Assembly (NCBI GenBank): GCA_938084565.1
Contig: CALKEU010000005.1
Coordinates: forward strand, 5,715 to 69,714
Origin: Candidatus Kapaibacterium sp.
GTDB taxonomy: Bacteria > Bacteroidota > Ignavibacteria > Kapaibacteriales > HRBIN21
Reading direction: 5' to 3'
DNA length: 64,000 bases
Positions 29,801 to 39,959 of the stretch are shown in pieces. The position numbers and the translations under genes are program-made. Each line of letters begins with the position of its first letter. Position 1 is the stretch's first letter. Below the pieces are notes generated by a model. The model was not told the DNA's origin, made no database searches, and saw only the letters and a list, made by a program, of their open reading frames with translations.

Positions 29801-30240
29801 GGTTGACCATCTCGATTGCCTTGACGGGGGTTGGGATTGTGAGCCTGGCAGGGATTGTGGTGCGCAATGGGGTGGTGTTGGTAGACTATATCGAGCAATT
29901 GCGGGGTCGTGGGATTTCGCTGCGTCGAGCGGTTCTCTGGGGAGGGGCCACGCGAGTGACCCCTGTTGTGTTGACGGCGCTTTCGACGATTCTAGGCTTA
30001 TTGCCGCTGGCCGTTGGGTTGAACATGGATTTCGGGAGTCTGCTGACGCGCTTTGATCCGAAGCTCTACTTCGGAGGGTTCAGCGCTGCTTTCTGGGAGC
30101 CATTGGCGTGGGCGATCATCTTCGGGCTGATTTTTGGGACATTCTTGACGCTGGTTGTGCTGCCGGTGCTCTACTATTTGGTGATGCGGGGTGAGCTCGT
30201 GCGGCGGTGGCGGCGTCGCCTCTACCGAGGCCGAGGCTGA
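26857..30240 (+). CDS. RND efflux permease (AcrB/AcrD/AcrF family)
   Basis: GIIVDDAIVVIEN, GIVVRNGVVLVD, TRVTPVVLT. Confidence 0.95.
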   Translation: MRMREFWLTNWALRNRVTVYVLAVIVFGLGLYTYVRVPKELLPDVVIPTLLVTTVYPGTSPTDVENLLTRPIEKQLKAVAGVSKIRSSSAQDISTIVVQFETTVDPSVAKQRVKDALDRARGELPSDLPEEPRLVEIDFSEFPIMQISIAGELPLEQLKRYAEDMRDRIEALPQIRRVDIVGLPEREIRVDVDLYRLWALGLSLTDVEQAIRRENLNISAGELSAGGLRLNVRLAAEFRTLEDLANVVVRGGTGNTVRLADIATVAEEFKEQQSYARLNRQPVVTLSVVKKEGENLLEAADRIYRIVEEFRQHVVPPSVRLTITDDQSVRSRSTLADLTNAIILGFLFVVVSLMFFMGVQNALFVGLATPLSSFLAMLILPALGFTFNIVVTFAFLLALGIIVDDAIVVIENTYRLYRREGLDIVAAAKQGAGEVFAPVLAGTLTTLAPFLPLLFWPGVVGKFLLYLPVVLIATLSASFLVAYVFNPVFAVDFMPQRQRPMQLRDIVRRVALLLSVAALGYLLGAWSNAAFLTGAATVTWVIALLWAFNRVVFTPLIVEPFQHRIWPAVLQRYRHIGAWILQGRRPWVLVASVVVLFGVTVGLTVLVRPRVLFFTNPEPNSVYVYVSLPVGTDAAVTDSIMRVVEERVYGVLGEENPLVSSVSVNVGVAVGEPFRPSFGITPHKGRLTVSFVDPEYRAGISTWGYFEAIRRVVADIPGAEIAVDKDQAGPQTGSPINIEIAGEDLDTLQRLAEHVRSLLLDTLQLAGIENLQLDVQQTKPEVIITVDRQKAAREGLNSGQLGAALRAALYGVKASAFRAGEEEYPIQVRLMSPYRERLEDLLNVPVAFRDLATGQFRLIPVSAVTTATYTTTYSAINRINQERVVTLRSNVLPGYSAPLLNAEIQRALTRFPLPPGYTIRLTGEQEEQQKTVGFLQTAFLITVALIALVLVTEFSSVVKPLLVLTTVLFSITGVLLGFLLSGLTISIALTGVGIVSLAGIVVRNGVVLVDYIEQLRGRGISLRRAVLWGGATRVTPVVLTALSTILGLLPLAVGLNMDFGSLLTRFDPKLYFGGFSAAFWEPLAWAIIFGLIFGTFLTLVVLPVLYYLVMRGELVRRWRRRLYRGRG

Positions 30241-30893
30241 AATTCCATCCCATAGAGGGGGACAAACTCCTCAGCCGTGGTGACTATCCCGCGGCGGTAT
30301 CGCTCGAGCCCAGCACGGGCGATCCATTCAGCCGATAAGCGGTCTAGGAAAGGCGCGCGAACGCCCTCAACCCATAGAGCCCCTGGGCCGCACAGGAGGG
30401 TATTCGGATCGGGCGGGATATCGCCAATTGCCCGTCGTTCAATGTCGCTTTCGGGGATGCCCGTGGCGGAGAAGTGCTGTATGAACAACCATCCTTCGGC
30501 CCCGTGCGCTGTCGGTGTCACATGCGAGGGGACGCAAGCCAGGATACGCCGAAGGCCAAGCAGAGCTGCTAGTGGGACGGCCTGCGCAGCCAGCGCTTCC
30601 AGCGTGGGAACGGCTACAAGCGCCGGTGGGGCATCCAGGCAGAGTCCTTTGGCCAAACTTGCGCCAATACGCAGCCCCGTAAACGAACCCGGCCCGGCGG
30701 AGATGGCCACAGCGTCCAGCTGTGCAAGCTCAAGGCCGCAATCCTCCAGCAAGCGGCGAATCAATTCGGCGGCCATACGGTCGTGCACATGTGGCTCGCC
30801 CAGGAGGAAGAGGCCCTGCAGCTGCCCATCGGCCACGAGGGCCACGCTCAGCGGATCGCCAGAGGTCTCTATCCCGAGAACGCGCACGGGCAC
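30222..30893 (-). CDS. tsaB: tRNA threonylcarbamoyladenosine biosynthesis protein TsaB
   Basis: LGIETS, GPGSFTGLRIG, VPTLEALA, C-terminal PLY. Confidence 0.92.
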   Translation of the reverse strand: MPVRVLGIETSGDPLSVALVADGQLQGLFLLGEPHVHDRMAAELIRRLLEDCGLELAQLDAVAISAGPGSFTGLRIGASLAKGLCLDAPPALVAVPTLEALAAQAVPLAALLGLRRILACVPSHVTPTAHGAEGWLFIQHFSATGIPESDIERRAIGDIPPDPNTLLCGPGALWVEGVRAPFLDRLSAEWIARAGLERYRRGIVTTAEEFVPLYGMEFQPRPR

Positions 30894-30897
30894 CGTG

Positions 30898-33800
30898 TTA
30901 GTGCAGCCAGAGGAACAGACGGAGCCGACTGTGCTGAGGAAAGTGTAGCCGAACGGCATAGAGACCCGGAGCCACCCCAGGGAGGGAGAAGCGTCGTTCG
31001 TGCCTGCCGGCAGAATGCCACTCGGGAGAGCTTACAAGCAGCGGCCGTCCCATGAGATCGAGGAGTTCCAGCCAGAGCATCCCTGCTTCCGGGAGCTCGT
31101 AACGGACGAGTATTTCGCTCGGTGCAGTGACTTGTACGGACACATCCTCCCTTCCTTCCGGTGACAGAGCAATGCCCGTTGCCCCCATGGCAAACCAGCG
31201 GGGGTGGTAGAGTGGCTGCCCGGCCTCCAAGGCTCCGACTTGCCCCTGCTGGAGATCAACAACAAGGAGGAGGCCAGCTCGTGGGGAAACGAGCGCAAGG
31301 TACCGGTTGTCGGGAGAAAAGCTCGGGCGCTGTACGTCCAGCAAGGGCTGACCCCGGTACGTCCACTGGGAAGTCCCTAAGGCAGCAATCTGCCCGGTTT
31401 GGAAGTTAGCGAGCAGGGTCTCGAAGATGCCCGTTCGGTGATCAACGTAGTTGAAGGCAACGAGATCTGGATCGGTGTTGCTGTAAGTGATATTGCCGAG
31501 GCTGAACTCTTCCGGCCGCGGAGGGACGAGCTCGTAGAGAGCAGGACCGGCGAAGTGCACTTCGTAGATGTTCCAGTAGGCCAGCGTATCACCGGTTTGT
31601 AAAGGGAGGAGGTTCAAGGCATCGAAGGCGAGCCGGGGATCACGCATGTTGGGACTCCAGGACATGACGTCGGCCAGCCAGACGGTCGAGACGGGTTCAC
31701 CATCGGGGACTTGAGGGGTCAGCGGAAGGCGGGCTACCTGTTGCCCGTCTGTGATGTAGAGGGATCGGTCCAAAACTCCTGTGACGAGGGAGGCAAGGCG
31801 GCCATCACTACTGATACAGACGTTCCGCAAAGCGGAGAGCTGAGGCAGTGAGACGACGAAGAACTGACCTCGGGTCAAATCGGCATATGCTAGCTGCTGC
31901 TGCTGGTTGATGAAGTAGATGCGATCGCCGCTCCGAGCCGTGCTCAGTTGGGAGAGCGGGAAGCCATCGGGCGAGAGGAGAACTTTCGTCTGCGGATTGT
32001 CTGGGCTGATGATTCCGCTTTGTCCATCGCTGGTACGGAGGAGGGCAATGCGGCCATCGGAGAGGATGAAACTGATGAACCATGTCCCTCCTTGGACGGG
32101 GGGGACCTCATTCCCTCTGCCCCCACCACCACTTCCGTCGTAGATACCAACCCCATCGAAGGCCTGAGCTGCAGCTTGCGCTTCCGCCGACCCGTAGAGC
32201 TCTTGTGCTGCGCGGATGACAGCACGGCGGCAGTCGATGAATTCTGAGCTTCGCGTCAGATAGTGCGCCAGCGCACGGTAGTAGATGCGCTCGGCCTTCT
32301 CCCGTCCAATGGCCTGGATGAGGAGGTAAGCAGCACGGTTGGGAATGCCACTGTTGATGTGGACCCCTCCATTGTCTTGGTTGATCGGCAGGTTGGCGTA
32401 CTGGCTCATATGGCTCGGTTGGGGGGAGAGCACATTGGGGTTACTGGGGTTGGCCAGATCACGGAGAGCCAACGCTGTCCGTGTTATGTCTTCGCCCAGC
32501 AAGAAATCTTCTCGGTCCACCATAACGGCGAAGATGTCGGAGAAGGATTCGTTGAGGGCTCCTGGCTGGAACTGGTAGACCAAGTTTGCCGTGTGCTGCG
32601 TGATGCCGTGGGTCAACTCGTGTGCCACTACGTCGAGTCCCCCGGCCAGAGGTTTGAAGTCTCGTGCGCCGTCACCGTAGACCATGATTTTGAGTCCACC
32701 GTTCCAGTAGGCATTGTCCATCGGCTGGCCTCTGTAGGTGGCGTGAATGATAGAGATGATCGTGCCCCCTTGTCCGTCGATGGCATTACGGTTGTGCGTG
32801 CTCCGGTAGTAGGAGTCACAGACGTAGGCGTTGTAGTGGGCAGAGACAGCTGTCGGGTCGTTCCAGGTGTTGGTTGGAGAGGTTATGTGGTAGAGGCGGG
32901 GATTCTGGGGGTCGACGTCGCCGTAGTTCGCAGTGAGCGTGATACTCCCCCCTTTGACTCGGTTGGGGAGCTGGGAGCCAGAGCGGTCGAGGCTTGGTAG
33001 GTCCCAGATCATGTAGTGCATGCCGTCGTCATGGCGGTAGACGCGGAAGCTTCGCTGCATGCCGTTCAGATCAGTACCAGAGGCATTGACGAACGTGCCC
33101 TGCAAAACCCCCGAGGAAGTGCTACGGGAGAGCAGCTGGGGTGGTTCATGGTGTGGGCAGGGGGATGAAGAGTGCCACGGGTTTACGTGCAATGTACACG
33201 TGTTCAGGATAGACCAGCGGATCGAGCCGTCGAGAGCATCTACGAAGACGGTGTAGTGTTCGACGAGATTTGCCGCCACGTTGACTTCGTAGCACAGAAA
33301 GACGGCTTGCGTCAGCGGGTGAGGAAAGAGGAGGAGCGAAGCGGTGAAGGGTTGCAGCTCTGGGTGGAGTTCGAAGAGGATGTCCGGCAGTGGGGTAAAG
33401 GTAGTGAGCTGCCATACGTGGTTTCGAGCCCGCTCTATGGCATTCTCGGGGCTCAGTCTCGGTTGTGTTGGGGCGCCAACTGGGGTGGGGATATACCGCC
33501 CGTTCAGGAGGGTGAGCTCACCGCTGGGCTGGATATGGACGTAGAGATCAGCAGCCCACACGGGGATGCCTTCGTAGAACTGCTGGAACCGGAGGTGCGA
33601 GATCCCGAGCTCATCGGTGTGAAGGGATAGCAGACGAAGCTCTCGATGGGGCTCTACGAGGCGCAATCGCTCGCGGTGGTGGGTGAGGAGATTCAGGACT
33701 GACACCAGATCGGGGATACGGGAAGGCGGAGCGTTGGAATGCGGTGAAGGAAGCTCGTAGAAGCGGGCCATGCCCAGAGAGAATTCGAGCCAGCTTGGAG

Positions 33801-34095
33801 TACCGTTGGGGGCAAGCCCAATGAGCGGTGTGAGTCGCAGCGGGTTTGGGGCTGGGTGCGGATTCCACGAGCCGAGCTGATGGTAGCGCAGGAACAGAGG
33901 CTCATGGTCGAATGGAGCCACAGGAATTGCAGGAACAGTGGAGAGAGAAGCGCTCTGCTGCTCGAGGAATTCAGCAACAGAGCGGATAGTTCGGGGCGGC
34001 TGCGCATTCTCTCTGGGGACAGCCTGAGGCGGGAGCGAAGCAGCAGCACAGAGAACGCTCCAGAGGAATCCGGTAAGATACCACAGCGGTGCCAT
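30898..34095 (-). CDS. Thermolysin-family (M4) metalloprotease with propeptide, extra C-terminal beta-propeller-like region and T9SS-like C-terminus
   Basis: FTP/PepSY propeptide (DELGISHLRFQQFYEGIPV), NAYWNG, HELTH, ALNESFSD, DNGGVHINSG. C-terminal LLDLMGR...APGLYAVRL. Confidence 0.92.
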   Translation of the reverse strand: MAPLWYLTGFLWSVLCAAASLPPQAVPRENAQPPRTIRSVAEFLEQQSASLSTVPAIPVAPFDHEPLFLRYHQLGSWNPHPAPNPLRLTPLIGLAPNGTPSWLEFSLGMARFYELPSPHSNAPPSRIPDLVSVLNLLTHHRERLRLVEPHRELRLLSLHTDELGISHLRFQQFYEGIPVWAADLYVHIQPSGELTLLNGRYIPTPVGAPTQPRLSPENAIERARNHVWQLTTFTPLPDILFELHPELQPFTASLLLFPHPLTQAVFLCYEVNVAANLVEHYTVFVDALDGSIRWSILNTCTLHVNPWHSSSPCPHHEPPQLLSRSTSSGVLQGTFVNASGTDLNGMQRSFRVYRHDDGMHYMIWDLPSLDRSGSQLPNRVKGGSITLTANYGDVDPQNPRLYHITSPTNTWNDPTAVSAHYNAYVCDSYYRSTHNRNAIDGQGGTIISIIHATYRGQPMDNAYWNGGLKIMVYGDGARDFKPLAGGLDVVAHELTHGITQHTANLVYQFQPGALNESFSDIFAVMVDREDFLLGEDITRTALALRDLANPSNPNVLSPQPSHMSQYANLPINQDNGGVHINSGIPNRAAYLLIQAIGREKAERIYYRALAHYLTRSSEFIDCRRAVIRAAQELYGSAEAQAAAQAFDGVGIYDGSGGGGRGNEVPPVQGGTWFISFILSDGRIALLRTSDGQSGIISPDNPQTKVLLSPDGFPLSQLSTARSGDRIYFINQQQQLAYADLTRGQFFVVSLPQLSALRNVCISSDGRLASLVTGVLDRSLYITDGQQVARLPLTPQVPDGEPVSTVWLADVMSWSPNMRDPRLAFDALNLLPLQTGDTLAYWNIYEVHFAGPALYELVPPRPEEFSLGNITYSNTDPDLVAFNYVDHRTGIFETLLANFQTGQIAALGTSQWTYRGQPLLDVQRPSFSPDNRYLALVSPRAGLLLVVDLQQGQVGALEAGQPLYHPRWFAMGATGIALSPEGREDVSVQVTAPSEILVRYELPEAGMLWLELLDLMGRPLLVSSPEWHSAGRHERRFSLPGVAPGLYAVRLHFPQHSRLRLFLWLH

Positions 34096-34132
34096 AACTG
34101 CTTTCCTCAGGGCAGGGACAAACGTACGGGCA

Positions 34133-34140
34133 CAAATATA
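34133..34140 (-). promoter_or_regulatory. -7 promoter element (TATATTTG)
   Basis: TAnnTTTG match 38 nt upstream of the M4 protease ATG at 34095. Confidence 0.55.
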
Positions 34141-34151
34141 TGCCATCCGGC

Positions 34152-35138
34152 TTACTGTTGCGGTTGCTGGACGTGGCAGAGGAGGGCTTGGCGGATACGC
34201 CCCTGATGGCGTGCCAGGAGCTCCCGGGCCTGCTCGGCAGGGAGCTGGCCCAGCAGCATAAGGAGAGCCACTTTAGTATCCCACGAAGCTTCGTGGAGGA
34301 CGTGTTCTGCAGTCGCATAGTCCACGTTGGCAAGCAGCATGAGGATGCGCTTAGCGCGCTCGCGCAGCTTGAGGTTGGTCGGCCGGAGATCGACCATGAT
34401 GTTGTGATACGTCTTGCCCAGGCGGATCATGGCCGCGGTGGTGAGCATGTTGAGGACGAGTTTCTGAGCGGTGCCGGATTTCATGCGGGTGGAGCCGGCA
34501 ATGACTTCGGGGCCAACCTCAGGACAGATGAGGATGTGGCTATAGCGGGCAATTTCCATCTGCTGGACCTGCTGGCGGGGGTTCGTAGTGACCAAGATCG
34601 TCGTAGCCCCGCGTCGATGCGCTTCCTCGAGAGCCCCGATAACAAAGGGGGTACGAGCGGATGCGGCGATACCACAGACGACATCGCGCTCGCAGACCAT
34701 CCGCGCAGCGATGGCAGCAGCACCGTCTTCCCGTCGGTCTTCTGCTCCTTCTTGAGCCTGGAAGACGGCCTCAGGTCCGCCGGCGATAATAGCTTGGACC
34801 AGCTCTGGGGCGGTGCCGAACGTCGGAGGGCATTCAGCTGCATCCAAGATGCCGAGCCGCCCGCTCGTACCAGCCCCGACGTAGATGAGCCGTCCGCCGC
34901 GCTGGAAGGCGTCCACGATTCGCTCCACAGCCTGTGCGATGGCAGGAAGTTCACGCGCAACGGCCGGAGCAACTTTGTGATCTTCAGCGCTGATGAGCTC
35001 CAGGATGCGCTCCGTCTCTGCCAGATCGATATCCCAGGTGGCGGGGTTATTCTGTTCGGTGAGCAACTGCGCAAGCTCTTCGGCCAGCGAGGGCAGGGAG
35101 TGCTCCGGTGCCGAAGGTTTAGGAGTTGCGGCGCCCAT
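34152..35138 (-). CDS. murQ: N-acetylmuramic acid 6-phosphate etherase
   Basis: [45 protein letters not shown]. Confidence 0.96.
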   Translation of the reverse strand: MGAATPKPSAPEHSLPSLAEELAQLLTEQNNPATWDIDLAETERILELISAEDHKVAPAVARELPAIAQAVERIVDAFQRGGRLIYVGAGTSGRLGILDAAECPPTFGTAPELVQAIIAGGPEAVFQAQEGAEDRREDGAAAIAARMVCERDVVCGIAASARTPFVIGALEEAHRRGATTILVTTNPRQQVQQMEIARYSHILICPEVGPEVIAGSTRMKSGTAQKLVLNMLTTAAMIRLGKTYHNIMVDLRPTNLKLRERAKRILMLLANVDYATAEHVLHEASWDTKVALLMLLGQLPAEQARELLARHQGRIRQALLCHVQQPQQ

Positions 35139-36456
35139 CGCCGGTGTGGTAGTCTAACTCGCGCAGGAGAGCCTGTCGCTCGATCTCAAGCTGCCGGATG
35201 CGCCGCTCCAATTGATCGAGCTCTTCGGGGAGGGAGTCAATCTGGATGCGCAGGCGGCTAGCAGCCTCGTCGATCAAATCAATTGCCTTGTCGGGCAAGA
35301 AGCGATCCGTAATGTAGCGGGCCGACAGTTGGGCAGCCGCTACAATGGCAGCATCGGTGATGCGCACACCGTGATGGAGCTCGTAGCGCTCTTTGAGGCC
35401 CCGTAGGATGGAGATGGTTTCCTCCACGCTGGGTTCGTCGACCAGGACCTTTTGGAAGCGGCGTTCCAAGGCAGGGTCTTTTTCGATGTACTTCTGGTAT
35501 TCGTCCAGGGTCGTGGCCCCGATGCATCGCAGTTCGCCTCGCGCCAGTGGCGGCTTGAGGATATTGGCAGCGTCAATACTTCCTTGAGCTGCCCCTGCCC
35601 CGACGACCGTGTGGAGCTCATCGATAAAGAGGATAACCTCACCGTTGGATTCCACCACCTCCTTGACAACGGCTTTGAGCCGTTCCTCGAACTGCCCGCG
35701 GAATTGGGTTCCAGCCACCAGAGCTGGCAGGTCGAGTGCGATGATGGTTTTCGTCTTGAGCGGCTCGGGAACATCTCCGGCCACGATGCGCTGGGCGAGG
35801 CCTTCGACGATGGCTGTCTTGCCGACCCCGGGTTCACCGATGAGGACGGGGTTATTCTTTGTACGCCGAGTCAGAATTTGCATGACGCGGCGGATCTCCT
35901 CCTCCCGTCCGATGACGGGATCAAGGCGTCCTTTGCGAGCTTCATCGTTGAGATTGCGTCCGTAGCGCTGGAGGGCTTGGTATTTCTCCTCTGGCACTGG
36001 ATCGGTGACGCGGTGTACACCGCGGATACGGGTCAGGACCTGCAAGATGGCTTCTCTCGTCAGGCCGTGCTTGCGGAGGAGTTGGGCCGTGCTGGAGGGT
36101 TCCTCCACGAGCGCTAACAAGAGGTGCTCCGTGCTCACATACTCGTCCTTGAGGGTTATCGCTTCCTGCCAGGCGCGCTCCAGAACAGCCATGAGTTCTC
36201 GAGACAAGTGTTGCTCGAAGCTCCCGCTGACCTTTGGGAGGCGAGTGAGCTCGGTGCGAAGGTGTTCTGTCAGTGAGGGAAGGGATACCTCCAGCGAGTG
36301 GAGAATCGTAGAGACCACGCCGGTATCATCTTCCAGCAGTGCTGCTGCAAGGTGGAGGGGTTCAATGGTAGAGTGGCCGAGCTCTGCCGCAAGCTGCTGT
36401 GCACGCTGCAGCGCTTCCTGAGATTTGAGCGTGAACCGTTGGAGATGGACTGGCAT
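35119..36456 (-). CDS. clpB: ClpB N-terminal half (Clp N-domain, NBD1 and start of the M-domain only)
   Basis: [40 protein letters not shown]. Ends after [15 protein letters not shown] at 445 aa with no NBD2. Confidence 0.85.
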   Translation of the reverse strand: MPVHLQRFTLKSQEALQRAQQLAAELGHSTIEPLHLAAALLEDDTGVVSTILHSLEVSLPSLTEHLRTELTRLPKVSGSFEQHLSRELMAVLERAWQEAITLKDEYVSTEHLLLALVEEPSSTAQLLRKHGLTREAILQVLTRIRGVHRVTDPVPEEKYQALQRYGRNLNDEARKGRLDPVIGREEEIRRVMQILTRRTKNNPVLIGEPGVGKTAIVEGLAQRIVAGDVPEPLKTKTIIALDLPALVAGTQFRGQFEERLKAVVKEVVESNGEVILFIDELHTVVGAGAAQGSIDAANILKPPLARGELRCIGATTLDEYQKYIEKDPALERRFQKVLVDEPSVEETISILRGLKERYELHHGVRITDAAIVAAAQLSARYITDRFLPDKAIDLIDEAASRLRIQIDSLPEELDQLERRIRQLEIERQALLRELDYHTGDGRRNS

Positions 36457-36635
36457 GGGCTCTTTGCGCAGCTGTCCTACTGTTGCTGGAGACGAACGAT
36501 AGGCCGCAAATGGTGGAGAAACTCCCAGAGGCGTAGAGCATTGCCGGTCAGCTCATGCATGGGAGCGAGACTTATCCGTCTTAACGGCTGGACAGCTGTG
36601 TGCGGTGAACATGTCCCTTGTGCCATTGGAGAGCG

Positions 36636-39600
36636 ATGCAGCACTCAGCCCCTGACAATCTGTGGCTCCATCCTCTGCCGGAGGAGCTCCAGTATCCAGC
36701 GCTTGAAGAGGAGGTGTTGGCCTTCTGGGAGCGTGAACGCATCTTTGAGCGTTCGCTCGAGCAGCGGCGCCATGCACCGCGATTTCGCTTCTACGAGGGT
36801 CCGCCCACAGTCAACGGCCGACCGGGTATTCACCACGTCATGGCGCGGACGATCAAGGATGTTGTCTGCCGTTACAAGACGATGTGTGGCTTCTACGTGC
36901 GTCGGCAGGCCGGATGGGATTGCCATGGATTGCCGATAGAACTCGCCGTAGAGCAGCAGCTTGGCATTGTCAACAAGCGGGAGATTGAGACGCTCTACGG
37001 CGTTGAGCGATTCAACCAAGCGTGCAAGGAGCTTGTATGGCGGCACATCGAGATGGAGGGAGGGTGGCGGAGCCTGACGCGCCGGATGGGCTACTGGATC
37101 GACATGGAGCATGCCTACATCACCTGCTCCAACGAATACATCGAGTCCCTCTGGTGGGCGCTCAAGCAGCTCTTCGAGCGTGGGCTTATCTACCGTGGGT
37201 TCAAAGTGGTGCCGCAGTCACCGACGATTGAAACCCCATTGAGTTCGCATGAGCTTGCGCTCGGCTACAAGGAAGTCCGCGACCCGAGCGTGTTCATTCG
37301 TGTCAAGGTTGAGCGGCCCAGCCATCCGGCCGTAGCGGGGGCGGCGCTCCTGGTATGGACCACAACGCCATGGACGCTCTTTGGCAACGTGGCCTTGGCA
37401 GTCAACCCGTCGGTGCGCTATGTGCGCGTGCGGAATAGCCGTCCGGGTGCCAGAGAGCCAGAGGAACTCGTGCTGGCTGAAAGCTGCCTCTCGGTGCTGG
37501 AGGGGGAGTATGAAGTGCTGGCGAGCCTGACGGGTGCTGAGATGGTCGGCACGGTGTACGAGCCCATCTTTGCGTCCCCTACAGTCGACCCCCAGCAGTA
37601 TCGGCATGCTTTCACCGTGCTGCCGGCAGAATTTGTCTCCACAGATGAAGGCACAGGCATTGTGCACATTGCCCCAGCTTTCGGGGTGGAAGATTTCGAG
37701 CTCGGGCAGCAGTATGGACTGCCGCTCCTGCAGCCGGTAACCCCCGATGGGCACTTTACGGCCGAGGTGCCCGAATTTGCCGGACGGGCTATCAAGACAT
37801 TTCGGTACCACGATCGAGTCGAAGAGGGAGCCGAGCGGGATATCGTTGCAGCGCTGGCGCGTATGGGCAAGCTCTATCGGGCTCGCTTTGACTACGTGCA
37901 CTCCTATCCACACTGCTGGCGGACGGGCAACCCCGTCATGTACTATGCACGGCAGTCGTGGTTTCTCCGCTCTCCGGCTTACAAGGAGCGCATGCTCGAG
38001 CTCAATAAGCAGATTCGGTGGCAACCACCCGAGATTGGATCGGGCCGTTTCGGTAATTGGCTCGAGGAGGTCAAGGAGTGGGCGCTCTCCCGTGACCGCT
38101 ACTGGGGTACTCCGCTCCCGATTTGGATCAGCGACGATGGGACGGAGATGTTCGCCATTGGCTCTATAGCGGAGCTCTTGGAAGGGCTGTACGAATTCCC
38201 CGATGGGCGGCGGGTCCCCGTCCGAGAGGCTGGGGTAGAGCTCGATCTGCATCGCCCCTTTGTGGATCGCGTCATCTTCGTGCGGAATGGAAAGGTATTC
38301 CGGCGCACCCCGGAGGTGGTCGATGTCTGGTTTGACTCTGGCGCCATGCCCTTTGCGCAGTTTCACTATCCCTTCGAAAATCAAGAGCTCTTCGCCGAAC
38401 ACTTTCCCGCCGACTTCATTGCTGAGGGAGTGGATCAGACCCGAGGCTGGTTCTACACATTGCACAACTTGGCTACAGTGCTCTTCGACCAGCCGGCCTT
38501 CCGCTCGGTGGTGGTCAACGAGCTGATTTTAGACAAGCACGGCGTCAAGATGTCGAAGTCGAAGGGGAACGTTGTCGATCCCTTTGCGGTCATTGAGCGC
38601 TACGGGGCTGACGCTGTGCGGTGGTACCTGCTTGCGGCCAACCCACCGTGGAAGCCGATGCAATTTGATGAGGAAGAGATCGGGCGTACGGTCGTGGCTA
38701 ATTTCCTCCGAGCGGTGGTGAATGTGTACAACTTCTTTGCCCTCTACGCTCGTATCGATGGCTTTTCGGGGACCGAGCCGGCGGTAGCAGTGGCGGAGCG
38801 TCCGGAGATTGACCGTTGGGTGCTCTCGCGTCTGCAGACCGTGCTGCAGCAGTACCGAGAGGCCATGGAAGAGTACGAGCTGACGCGGGCGGTGCGGCTG
38901 GTGCAGGAGTTTGTGCTCGAGGAGGTGTCCAATTGGTACGTTCGGCGGAATCGGCGACGCTTCTGGAAGGGGGAGCATGATCGGGAGAAGCTCGCTGCCT
39001 ATCAGACCCTGTACACCGTCTTGCGTGGCATTCTGCTCATGATGGCGCCGTTTGCTCCCTTCCTGGCCGAGGCACTCTACTGGCGGCTGCGGCGGCCTGA
39101 AGAGCCGTGTTCGATCCACCTCCTCGATATGCCATTGCCTGAGCCGGAGCTTCGGGATCCTGAGCTGGAAGGCCGCATGGAGCTGGCGCGGCGGATTGTT
39201 GCGCTGGTGCGGCAATTGCGAGAGCGAGCGCGCATTAAGACCCGACAGCCTCTCCGGCGCATCCTTCTCCCAGCTCTGTCGCCCGGCCAGCAGAGGGATG
39301 TCCGCTCAGTGGAGAACCTCATTACCGAGGAGGTCAATGTGAAAGCCATCGAATTTCTGCCCTCAGAAGTCGAGGTGGTCCGCTGGACGGCTAAGCCTCA
39401 GTATCGTGTTCTGGGTAAGCGATTCGGCAAGCGGTTGCCGCAGGTGGAGCAGGCACTGGCCCAGCTCCCGCAGGAGGTTTTGCGGCGTTTCCACGAAACG
39501 GGGCGCCTCCGCCTCGAGCTGGAGGGCGAGACGGTGGAGCTGGGGCGGGACGAAGTCGAACTCCGCAGCCAGGAAATCGAGGGTTGGCTCGTTGCCAGTG

Positions 39601-39959
39601 ACGGGGAGCTCACGGTAGCTCTGGATACAACTCTGGATGAGGAGTTGCGTCGCGAAGGACTGGCTCGAGAGTTCGTCTTCTGGGTGCAAAACCTGCGCAA
39701 GCAGGCGGGTTTTGCCGTCACCGACCGTATCCATATCATCTATGCTGCACCACCCGAAGTGCGGCAGGCGCTCGAGGAGCTACGTGACTATGTGCAACGG
39801 GAAACTCTGGCGGAATCTCTTATTTTTGCCGCATGCCCAGAAGGGCATGCCGTCGATATCAACGGCTACCGTGCCTACGTCTGTGTTGAACGTGCACATG
39901 CAGTAAAGTCAGAGCACGGAGGACCAGCAGCATGGCAACTCGGAAACGAGGCGCTGTAG
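36636..39959 (+). CDS. ileS: Isoleucyl-tRNA synthetase (type 2)
   Basis: EGPPTVNGRPGIHH, GWDCHGLP, WTTTPWT, EGVDQTRGWFY, KMSKS. Confidence 0.97.
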   Translation: MQHSAPDNLWLHPLPEELQYPALEEEVLAFWERERIFERSLEQRRHAPRFRFYEGPPTVNGRPGIHHVMARTIKDVVCRYKTMCGFYVRRQAGWDCHGLPIELAVEQQLGIVNKREIETLYGVERFNQACKELVWRHIEMEGGWRSLTRRMGYWIDMEHAYITCSNEYIESLWWALKQLFERGLIYRGFKVVPQSPTIETPLSSHELALGYKEVRDPSVFIRVKVERPSHPAVAGAALLVWTTTPWTLFGNVALAVNPSVRYVRVRNSRPGAREPEELVLAESCLSVLEGEYEVLASLTGAEMVGTVYEPIFASPTVDPQQYRHAFTVLPAEFVSTDEGTGIVHIAPAFGVEDFELGQQYGLPLLQPVTPDGHFTAEVPEFAGRAIKTFRYHDRVEEGAERDIVAALARMGKLYRARFDYVHSYPHCWRTGNPVMYYARQSWFLRSPAYKERMLELNKQIRWQPPEIGSGRFGNWLEEVKEWALSRDRYWGTPLPIWISDDGTEMFAIGSIAELLEGLYEFPDGRRVPVREAGVELDLHRPFVDRVIFVRNGKVFRRTPEVVDVWFDSGAMPFAQFHYPFENQELFAEHFPADFIAEGVDQTRGWFYTLHNLATVLFDQPAFRSVVVNELILDKHGVKMSKSKGNVVDPFAVIERYGADAVRWYLLAANPPWKPMQFDEEEIGRTVVANFLRAVVNVYNFFALYARIDGFSGTEPAVAVAERPEIDRWVLSRLQTVLQQYREAMEEYELTRAVRLVQEFVLEEVSNWYVRRNRRRFWKGEHDREKLAAYQTLYTVLRGILLMMAPFAPFLAEALYWRLRRPEEPCSIHLLDMPLPEPELRDPELEGRMELARRIVALVRQLRERARIKTRQPLRRILLPALSPGQQRDVRSVENLITEEVNVKAIEFLPSEVEVVRWTAKPQYRVLGKRFGKRLPQVEQALAQLPQEVLRRFHETGRLRLELEGETVELGRDEVELRSQEIEGWLVASDGELTVALDTTLDEELRREGLAREFVFWVQNLRKQAGFAVTDRIHIIYAAPPEVRQALEELRDYVQRETLAESLIFAACPEGHAVDINGYRAYVCVERAHAVKSEHGGPAAWQLGNEAL

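Noticed and set aside
34140..35261. 373-aa plus-strand ORF
   Set aside because: Antisense shadow of murQ/clpB. It has no AAA+ motifs, so it is not the missing ClpB half.
35119..36456. clpB as a frameshifted pseudogene
   Set aside because: murQ begins within its last codons, no NBD2 remnant is visible downstream, and the motifs are intact.
36457..36635. Possible CIRCE/heat-shock operator or T-box between clpB and ileS
   Set aside because: No TTAGCACTC-N9-GAGTGCTAA and no T-box consensus or terminator visible.
37218..38465. 415-aa minus-strand ORF, with similar ones at 49333-50667 and 59027-60250
   Set aside because: In-register antisense shadows of ileS, the AddB-like gene and the IgGFc-domain gene.
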